Notes under the pieces: model-generated | Told to the model about the DNA's origin: nothing | The model's input: only the letters and a program-made list of their open reading frames with translations | The model's database searches: none | In this document: positions 48,545-56,045 of the stretch, piece by piece | Numbering within the stretch: position 1 is the stretch's first letter | Layout of the letters: each line of letters starts with the position of its first letter | Assembly: GCA_021770655.1 (NCBI GenBank) | Contig: JAETQO010000018.1 | Span: forward strand, 1,305-65,304 | Origin: Ruminococcus sp. | GTDB taxonomy: Bacteria > Bacillota > Clostridia > Oscillospirales > Ruminococcaceae | DNA: 64,000 bases | Direction of reading: 5' to 3' | Translations under genes and position numbers: made by a program

Positions 48545-49564
48545 ATGACAATCATAGTAACAGGTGGAGCAGGGTTTATTGGAAGTAATTTCATCTTCCA
48601 TATGCTTGAAAAATATCAAGACTATCGTATTATATGTCTTGATAAATTGACGTATGCTGGTAATCTTTCAACACTTAAAAATATAATGAACAATCGAAAT
48701 TTTCGATTTGTAAAGGCGGATATTTGCGACAGGGAGGCTGTTTACAAACTTTTTGAGGAAGAACATCCTGATGTTGTGGTGAATTTTGCCGCAGAGAGTC
48801 ATGTTGACCGTTCTATCGAAAATCCAGAGGTATTTCTTAAGACTAATATTTTGGGAACACAAACACTTATGGATGCATGTAGAAAATATGGGGTAGTTCG
48901 TTATCATCAGGTTTCAACAGATGAAGTGTATGGCGATTTACCACTTGATAGACCTGATCTTTTTTTTACAGAAACGACACCAATTCATACAAGTAGTCCA
49001 TATTCTGCCAGCAAAGCGTCTGCAGATCTTCTTGTTTTAGCTTATTATAGAACCTATGGTTTGCCAATAACGATTTCACGTTGTTCCAATAACTATGGTC
49101 CATATCATTTTCCCGAAAAACTTATTCCACTTATGATTGCAAATGCATTAAACGATAAACCGTTGCCTGTCTATGGTACCGGTGAAAATATTAGGGATTG
49201 GTTGTATGTAGAGGATCATTGTAAAGCTATTGATCTTATCATTCATAAGGGAACTGTGGGAGAAGTTTACAATATAGGTGGGCATAATGAAATGTCAAAC
49301 ATTGATATTGTAAAGCTTATTTGCAAGGAACTTGGTAAACCTGAAAGTCTAATAACTTATGTTACTGATAGAAAAGGTCATGATATGCGCTATGCGATTG
49401 ATCCTACGAAAATTCACAATGAACTTGGTTGGTTGCCTGAAACAAAATTTTCTGAAGGAATAAAGAAGACGATTCAGTGGTATTTAGAAAATACAGAGTG
49501 GTGGGAAACAATCATCAGTGGTGAGTATAAGAATTATTATGATAAGATGTATCATAATAGATAA
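48545..49564 (+). CDS. rfbB: dTDP-glucose 4,6-dehydratase
   Basis: IIVTGGAGFIGSNF...FAAESHVDRSI...YSASKASADLLV. Confidence 0.93.
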   Translation: MTIIVTGGAGFIGSNFIFHMLEKYQDYRIICLDKLTYAGNLSTLKNIMNNRNFRFVKADICDREAVYKLFEEEHPDVVVNFAAESHVDRSIENPEVFLKTNILGTQTLMDACRKYGVVRYHQVSTDEVYGDLPLDRPDLFFTETTPIHTSSPYSASKASADLLVLAYYRTYGLPITISRCSNNYGPYHFPEKLIPLMIANALNDKPLPVYGTGENIRDWLYVEDHCKAIDLIIHKGTVGEVYNIGGHNEMSNIDIVKLICKELGKPESLITYVTDRKGHDMRYAIDPTKIHNELGWLPETKFSEGIKKTIQWYLENTEWWETIISGEYKNYYDKMYHNR

Positions 49565-49743
49565 AAAGTATAAATATAAAGCATCGTGCGGTTTTGAATG
49601 AATTATTGAAGCGTCGTACAACATTGATAAAAAGTTTTCTTCCCCTGGAATCAAGTGAACAATTTTAGAAGCTAACAGAATTATTTCGATTTGATCTACT
49701 TTTTCACTATCAAATAAGATTCGAATTTATTGACAACAAAAAC

Positions 49744-49778
49744 CTCCGCAGTTTTTACTACGGAGATTTTTGTTTTTA
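49744..49778. terminator. Hairpin with flanking A/T runs between the convergent rfbB and 49828 ORF
   Basis: CTCCGCAG/CTACGGAG stem followed by TTTTTGTTTTT and preceded by ACAAAAA. Confidence 0.6.
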
Positions 49779-49827
49779 TTTGATTATTTTACTTTTTCGT
49801 TGTCACACTCTTAACAGCAGACCATTC

Positions 49828-50268
49828 TTACTTGCCCTCCACAATTTCTGGTTCACACATTATTTTAACGTTAACAGACCTTACTTCTTCCTTCTCACAC
49901 CAACCTAAATCAATAGAAAAAGCTTCGTTTATCATTTTTAATATTTCAGTTTGTTTTTCCCACAATTCATTTGGAATTGGAAGTGTCATTATATTCCAAG
50001 TGATATTAATCCCATCATCATAATTTCCAGTACTAGTTCTTACAACTTCTATACGTATCGTATAGCCATCCCACCAAAAATCGTGAAAATTCGGCATATC
50101 ATTAAATCCACCACCTATCCTAACTAAATATGCATTTCTATCCCTATCTGCACACCACTTTGTATCCTTTGACAAACTCAAAGAACCATTTCCCCAACAA
50201 TTTTTCAATCCCATAGATTTAAAAAACTCATAATCCTTTTCAGGAACTTTCTCAAAAACAAAAGCCAT
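49828..50268 (-). CDS. Hypothetical protein (146 aa), AT-rich, at the island edge
   Basis: The ATG at 50268 (MAFVFEK) lies 7 nt after GGAGG. No recognisable motifs. W-rich (WGNG, WWDGY, WNIM). Confidence 0.5.
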   Translation of the reverse strand: MAFVFEKVPEKDYEFFKSMGLKNCWGNGSLSLSKDTKWCADRDRNAYLVRIGGGFNDMPNFHDFWWDGYTIRIEVVRTSTGNYDDGINITWNIMTLPIPNELWEKQTEILKMINEAFSIDLGWCEKEEVRSVNVKIMCEPEIVEGK

Positions 50269-50491
50269 AATAAAAACCTCCAAATATAATTATTGATATT
50301 TTAAGTATGCCGTAAAAGAGTTTGCAAGTCAAGCATTTTTATATAATTTTGACTGCAAAACATAAATCAAGAACACTCAGACAGTGCAGATAAGCAATAA
50401 ATTATTACTGTTAAAATGTACAAATAAACAAGTGTGAAATTATGCGATCATACAAAAGTGATTGATGTTAAATGTTTTTGAATGAAAGCTC

Positions 50492-50520
50492 TTGACGATT
50501 AACTTTAGATATGCTATCAT
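50492..50520 (+). promoter_or_regulatory. Sigma-A-type promoter upstream of fruK (TTGACG-17 nt-TATCAT with TGn extension)
   Basis: TTGACG at 50492-50497. TGC-TATCAT at 50512-50520. Confidence 0.45.
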
Positions 50521-50640
50521 AGCGCCAAAAGCTTTATCGACGCAGTAATATTTGCACAATTTAACGGAGTAAAGATAATTACCGATAAACTCAAAGACAA
50601 AAAATATATGACAAAAGCCAACATCAAGGAGGTTATGTAA

Positions 50641-51540
50641 ATGGTCTGTACAGTAACGTTCAACCCTGCGATCGACTACGTTGTTCATACGGAAAAAATG
50701 AAACTTGGGGCGACAAACCGTTCCGAAAGAGAAGAAATGTATTTCGGCGGCAAGGGAATAAACGTATCCGTCGTTTTAAGAGAGCTTGGAATTGAATCGA
50801 AGGCGCTTGGATTTACGGCGGGATTTACAGGTGAGGCTATTGAAAACGGTTTGAACGATATGGGAATAGATACGGATTTTGTCCGCCTTGAAAAAGGAAA
50901 TTCCCGTATAAACGTAAAGATAAAATCCGATGAGGAAACCGAACTGAACGGTCAAGGTCCGGACATTGACGACAAAGCGGTTGAATCTCTTTTTGAAAAG
51001 CTTGATGCTTTGTCCGACGGAGATACGCTGATATTAGCCGGAAGTATCCCTTCGTCACTTCCCTCGGATATTTATGAGAAGATACTGGAAAGGCTTTCAC
51101 GGAAAAAAATAAGAACAGTGGTTGACGCGACCAAAGATTTGCTCCTGAATGTTCTTAAATATAAACCGTTCCTGATAAAGCCTAACAACCATGAGCTTGC
51201 CGAGATGTTCGGAGTCGAGCTTGATACAGATGAAGATATTGAAAAATACGCAAGAAAGCTGAGGGATATGGGTGCGGTGAACGTGCTTATCTCAATGGCG
51301 GGCGACGGAGCAATGCTTATTGACGAAACGGGAAAAACGCACCGATGCGGAGTATGCAAGGGCAGGGTGAAAAATTCCGTAGGCGCAGGCGACTCAATGG
51401 TAGCCGGCTTTATCGCCGGAATACAAAATGGTGATTACGAATATGCCCTTAAGCTGGGAACTGCCGCAGGAGGAGCGACCGCATTTTCGGACGGACTTGC
51501 AGTAAAGCAAAAGATCACGGAGCTTCTGGAAACGCTCTGA
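50641..51540 (+). CDS. fruK: 1-phosphofructokinase (PfkB family)
   Basis: VCTVTFNPAIDYVV...GGKGINVS...VGAGDSMVAGFIAG. 299 aa. Confidence 0.8.
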   Translation: MVCTVTFNPAIDYVVHTEKMKLGATNRSEREEMYFGGKGINVSVVLRELGIESKALGFTAGFTGEAIENGLNDMGIDTDFVRLEKGNSRINVKIKSDEETELNGQGPDIDDKAVESLFEKLDALSDGDTLILAGSIPSSLPSDIYEKILERLSRKKIRTVVDATKDLLLNVLKYKPFLIKPNNHELAEMFGVELDTDEDIEKYARKLRDMGAVNVLISMAGDGAMLIDETGKTHRCGVCKGRVKNSVGAGDSMVAGFIAGIQNGDYEYALKLGTAAGGATAFSDGLAVKQKITELLETL

Positions 51541-51600
51541 AGCAAAAAATATATGACGTAAGTATAATTTGACCTACAGAAAAACCTGTTCAGTTTTGAC

Positions 51601-51641
51601 ATAGGCAACACCGCACAACTATTGTGTGCGGTGTTGCCTAT
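51601..51641. terminator. 17-bp perfect hairpin after fruK (no T-run)
   Basis: ATAGGCAACACCGCACA-ACTATTG-TGTGCGGTGTTGCCTAT. Confidence 0.45.
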
Positions 51642-52026
51642 ACACAATCGCCAAAAGGCAGGGATCTAATCAGTGCAAATAGACTATTTTCCGGCGTAAG
51701 CATTGACAATCCGCTAAAAACTGTGTTATCATAAAAATGCGGCGACGGGGAGGACACCCATAGAAAAAAACGGCGGTCGTATCTGCACACAATTTAATAC
51801 AAACTTTTACAAGGGGGAGATACCCATAGAAAAAAACGTAATTGTAACAGACGTAAACGGTAAACGAGTTGGACTTACTTACCCGAAAAGGGCGAGAGGT
51901 CTTGTTAAAAACGGTCGGGCAGAGTATGTCGGCGACTGTGAAATACGTCTGCTGTTTCAGCAAATCGAATGTGAAACGGCTATTGCTCATGACCCGTCCG
52001 TAAATAAAGATACGGAGGATAATACT

Positions 52027-53532
52027 ATGAGTAAGGTAATAAATTTTAATGCAAGAGAGTTTAAGTTTGATAACACCTGCGACAATAATGTGGGTTCAAG
52101 AATTTTCGTGACAGACGCCTTGGGAGAGAATGTCGAAATTTACGAGATAGGCGACTGGGGCTGGGCGTGGACGCAGATATGCTGTGAAAAGGCGCTTGAA
52201 AAGAACACTGATTATGTGTTCAGATTTGCAATGACAGGCGGATATAACGATACCTGCGACGGTACGTCTCAGTTTGTGATAGTTCCCATTGAAAACGATG
52301 AACTTACCATGGACGATTGGGAAAACAGATATTCATACGATCTTTCGCAAAGCCAGTATAAGCCTGTGCTGAGCAAGCGCTGGGGCAACGGTATGCTGAG
52401 AGTGTATGAGATACCCTTCAATACCTATGAATGTGAAAAGTTCAGGTTCGTGTTTATTTCTCAGCACGTTGTGTCAAGACTGTTTCCTGTACGGGAGCTT
52501 ACGGCTTATACGGAGTTTGAGGATTACAGCTACCACGACTGGTACAATGAAAGATTCGGGCAGAAAAAGGGAAATAATTTCAACGGAGATATTAAAAGCT
52601 CAGTTCATGATTTTGTAAAAAGGACTGTAAGCAACGCTCTGAATAACGCTTTTGCTCAGGCAAGCGGAGAATTTAACGGCTGCGGCGACGGAATGAGCAT
52701 TGAGCATACAAATAAAAATATGAGCGGCAGTGATCTTTCCAATATTCTCAGGAACATGGGCGACGGCAGTCATATTAACCTTTCAAACTGCAATATCTCA
52801 GACGTGGAAGCGTTTCTCGACTGCGGAGGTCGATCCGACGGCTGTGATTTTGAAATGACCAACACAAATATAGGCGGCAGAGCGTTCTGCGGCGTACTTC
52901 GTAAAATAGGCGACGGCTGTAACGTTTATTTCTACAATACAAACATCACCTATACTGAAAAGAAATACGCAAAATCAGGAAAGCAGGCGGACGGCTGTAA
53001 TATTGAATTGCAAAACGTTGCTATTTCGGCAGGTGCATTTTCTGCGCTTATATCAAAGCTGGGAGACGGATGCGTACTTAATCTGAGCAATTCATACATC
53101 AAGGCGGACGATACCGACATAAGCTTTGGCAATCGTGCAGACGGAATTGTGATAAACCTCACCAAAACAAAAATACCGAACAGCATTTACAGCAGGCTCA
53201 ACGAAAAAACGGGCGACGGTTGTTGTATAAACGAAAACGGTCTGGAAATCTATTATGACGACGGACAGAATCAGTCTCAGAATGCTGAGCAAGAACAGAA
53301 AACAGTTGCCGAAGACGAGATACTCAGGCAGACTGCGGATCTGGTGGCAATAAGCGGTCCGTTAAATGCGGCATATGTTCAGCACAAGCTTGGATTGAAT
53401 TATATGCAGGCTAAAAACGCGTTGGACGAGCTTGTAAACCGAGGTGTATTAAGCTATCTTGACGGAGCGAACGAATATCTTTGCAACGTTTCGCCCGATG
53501 AAGTTAAAAACTTCTTTTTCGGTACAAACTAG
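52027..53532 (+). CDS. Hypothetical protein: N-terminal domain of unknown fold, about eight Cys-containing LRR-like repeats, and a C-terminal FtsK-gamma-like winged helix
   Basis: The ATG lies 8 nt after GGAGG. There are 25-aa repeats DGCxhxhxNxxI...GDGC (nt about 52681-53253). The C-terminus ILRQTADLVAISGPLNAAYVQHKLGLNYMQAKNALDELVNRGVL resembles the FtsK gamma domain. The frame stays open upstream to 51718. Confidence 0.7.
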   Translation: MSKVINFNAREFKFDNTCDNNVGSRIFVTDALGENVEIYEIGDWGWAWTQICCEKALEKNTDYVFRFAMTGGYNDTCDGTSQFVIVPIENDELTMDDWENRYSYDLSQSQYKPVLSKRWGNGMLRVYEIPFNTYECEKFRFVFISQHVVSRLFPVRELTAYTEFEDYSYHDWYNERFGQKKGNNFNGDIKSSVHDFVKRTVSNALNNAFAQASGEFNGCGDGMSIEHTNKNMSGSDLSNILRNMGDGSHINLSNCNISDVEAFLDCGGRSDGCDFEMTNTNIGGRAFCGVLRKIGDGCNVYFYNTNITYTEKKYAKSGKQADGCNIELQNVAISAGAFSALISKLGDGCVLNLSNSYIKADDTDISFGNRADGIVINLTKTKIPNSIYSRLNEKTGDGCCINENGLEIYYDDGQNQSQNAEQEQKTVAEDEILRQTADLVAISGPLNAAYVQHKLGLNYMQAKNALDELVNRGVLSYLDGANEYLCNVSPDEVKNFFFGTN

Positions 53533-53922
53533 GCGTCCGAAAGGCAGTGCTTGAGGTGCTTGACCGCGATTTCGCTGATTTGGATTACACAAACGGCAAG
53601 CAGAAAGAGATCTGCACGCAGGCGCTCAGTGACGCCAAGGATTGCTTGAAAGGTGTTTTTTAACAACTTGCATTTTTTACTTTACAATTGTTTTTTATAA
53701 TGAACAACTTATAAAAGGCAACCAACCTTGAAATAGAGGTGGCAGCTAAGGCTATAATAGATGAAATTGCTAAAAAAGATATCGTTTATGCAGCTAACTA
53801 AGCTATTATTGTTATCGAATCCTTTGATACAACAGCATACCTGTGAAGTCCTGAGATTGCTCTTATAGCAATTTCAGGACTTTTCTTTGCAGGCGGATAA
53901 ATAATTTCATGCGCTCCAGGGG

Positions 53923-54219
53923 TTGACGGCTCTGAGATGTGTTTCCGTTCACCGGACGGTCAAGCTAAAATCAGTCCGGCAATGCCATTGCGGATTTCAT
54001 ACTCACGCACACGGCGGTAAAATGTATTCTCTGTCAAGCTTCACCGAAAATGGTACAGCACTGATTCTTGGAGTAAATCTCGGAGGGTTGGGAACTATTA
54101 TTGCGTCCCTTGCAAGTCTGATCTCTTTCCAATTTTACAGAAAACCGGATAATGCAAGGTCCGGAAATATCTGCTTGTATTTTCAGCTGTCAATTTTGGA
54201 ATACTTTTTATACTTATGA
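53923..54219 (+). pseudogene. Possible C-terminal remnant of an anion/ArsB-NhaD-type permease
   Basis: Only the tail GTALILGVNLGGLGTIIASLASLISFQFYRK looks membrane-protein-like. No credible N-terminus. Lies in a region of other short fragments. Confidence 0.3.
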
Positions 54220-54338
54220 TAGATACATATCTTATGAGTTAAAACGAAAAAGCAAAGAGGAAAACCGCATTTATCTTAGCTTGAAATACTCCTCTTTTTA
54301 TGCTATAATTATCACAACAACTATTAAGGAGGATCACT

Positions 54339-55256
54339 ATGGCACTACCGGATTTTAAGAAAACCGAGCAGAACAAAAATGCAGTTCCCGAATGGGCTAA
54401 GTTTATGAAAGGCAGCGATTTCATAAGTTATTCTACCACCTATCAAAGCAAAAAGTATTTCGGCCTTTTCGATTATTATGTTTACCCCTGTGAAGGAACG
54501 GGTGACATAAGGTATTATGTATATGACCCTGTAAAACACGGCGCCGATCCTTCCGAAAAATATCCGATGCTGATGTGGCTGCACGGCGCAAGTAATTCTC
54601 TTATGGGTGCCGGCTGCATAATGTGCTGCGGCGCAGAACAGTTTGCTTCATCGAAATATCAGCAAAAAATGGGCGGTGCTTACCTTCTCGTACCGCTGGC
54701 AAACGAAGAACGTCTTGAAAACGGCAGTATTCTCGGTACATGGTCAGAAGAATATTCAAAGCCGATAAAAGCGATATATGACAAGGTCTGCACCGAGCAT
54801 TCAAATAACATAGGAAAGAAATTTGTTATGGGCGCTTCCTCGGGAGGATATTTTACCTGGCAGCTTCTTGAAGACTATATCGGATATTTTGACGGAGTCA
54901 TTCCTATCGCTTCGGGCTATCTTCCCTCTTACGAGTTACTTGACAGAATTTCCGACAGCGGTATTGAGCTTATTATCGCCCACGGCCAGAAAGACGAGCT
55001 TGTGCCTTTTAATGATTGTATTGCGCCGCACATAGAAAAGCTGTCGACACTTAGAAACTGCATTTGCTTTTTCCCCGAATGGGTCTATAACGGAGACGGT
55101 GGTATAGCTTCGGTTTTTTACGGATTTGAAATGGGTCAGCACTGTATGATAAACTGGATACAGAATGATCTTCTGTTTGACGACGGGACCTATGTTGACG
55201 AAAGATTACCCGAAGGTATAACAGGCTGGATAAAAGAAGTTTGTCAAAAAGACTGA
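54339..55256 (+). CDS. Alpha/beta-hydrolase fold esterase/peptidase
   Basis: MLMWLHGAS (oxyanion-region-like), nucleophile elbow GASSGG, and a later HGQKDELVP block. Confidence 0.65.
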   Translation: MALPDFKKTEQNKNAVPEWAKFMKGSDFISYSTTYQSKKYFGLFDYYVYPCEGTGDIRYYVYDPVKHGADPSEKYPMLMWLHGASNSLMGAGCIMCCGAEQFASSKYQQKMGGAYLLVPLANEERLENGSILGTWSEEYSKPIKAIYDKVCTEHSNNIGKKFVMGASSGGYFTWQLLEDYIGYFDGVIPIASGYLPSYELLDRISDSGIELIIAHGQKDELVPFNDCIAPHIEKLSTLRNCICFFPEWVYNGDGGIASVFYGFEMGQHCMINWIQNDLLFDDGTYVDERLPEGITGWIKEVCQKD

Positions 55257-55488
55257 TCGAAATAAAGGTTTACAAATGCTAAATGACCGACTTTAACGCT
55301 ATCATCGCTTTGTATGACTAAACCATATTGTATCTCACCAACCATATAAATTATACCCAAGAAGCTATGAAAACGGTTTGTCATTTTGTTCGCCGTCCCA
55401 GCAGTCATTCTTGGAATAATTCCGTTTATTTTCTGGTACATATCGGCAGATGATATTGCTATGACATATAGCTTAGCTGTTGTATTCA

Positions 55489-55518
55489 CAATATAGATAA
55501 TGACAATTATCTATATTG
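55489..55518. repeat. Perfect 13-bp inverted repeat CAATATAGATAAT-GACA-ATTATCTATATTG at the left edge of the recombinase island
   Basis: Read directly from the sequence. Lies 16 nt beyond the stop of the minus-strand XRE gene. Confidence 0.6.
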
Positions 55519-55533
55519 GTACGGCGGAAGGAG

Positions 55534-55893
55534 TTAGGTATTTCTTTTTCGTAATAACAAATCCTTATTTTTGCGCAGACTCTTTTTCAGTTCGTTCGCC
55601 ATATCGAAAATCATATTTTTCTCGTAGTTACTGCAATCAGAAAATAATTCACGCAGTTCGGGAGCATAGTCACCGCTTTCTAGATTTCCACGCAGCAACT
55701 TATCAACAGTTACATTTAAAGTATTTGCAATTTTCACGATAGTTTCAAGACTTGCTTTACTTCTGCCAGTTTCAATGTGACTGATGTACGGAACTGATAA
55801 ATCGGTATATTCAGCCAAATCAGCTTGAGATAATCCTGTTGAAATTCTTTCAGCTTTGATTATTTTTCCCATTTTCTTGTAGTTCAAATCCAT
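55534..55893 (-). CDS. XRE-family HTH transcriptional regulator
   Basis: The ATG at 55893 (MDLNYKKMGKII) lies after GGAGGTG. HTH LSQADLAEYTDLSVPYISHIETGRS. Confidence 0.8.
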   Translation of the reverse strand: MDLNYKKMGKIIKAERISTGLSQADLAEYTDLSVPYISHIETGRSKASLETIVKIANTLNVTVDKLLRGNLESGDYAPELRELFSDCSNYEKNMIFDMANELKKSLRKNKDLLLRKRNT

Positions 55894-56045
55894 ATTTCTC
55901 ACCTCCAATCTGCACTTGCTGATGGAGCTGTTTTTGAAAAAACTTATTTTATAACCATAAGGATATGACTATACTTATAGTTAATTTTCTTTTCCTCAAA
56001 AAAGGTTTATAATGAATATACAATCCGATTTACGAGGTGAGATTT

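Larger units (their letters stand above)
30770..50400 (+). other. AT-rich polysaccharide-biosynthesis island (18 co-directional genes plus one convergent ORF)
   Basis: Composition drops abruptly. Hand counts of single 60-nt lines give 17-35% G+C inside the island and 60% for the one ribosomal-operon line I counted. Genes are tightly packed with overlapping stops and starts. Confidence 0.75.

Noticed and set aside
51670-51990. 106-aa minus-strand ORF between fruK and the 52027 gene.
   Set aside because: It is antisense to the in-frame upstream extension, which has a protein-like motif, and it has no SD. Most likely spurious.
55244-55489. 81-aa minus-strand ORF and a possible 37-codon hydrophobic plus-strand peptide between the esterase and the palindrome.
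   Set aside because: The minus ORF overlaps the esterase 3' end and has no SD or motifs. The plus-strand peptide would need a TTG start without an SD. Evidence is insufficient for either.
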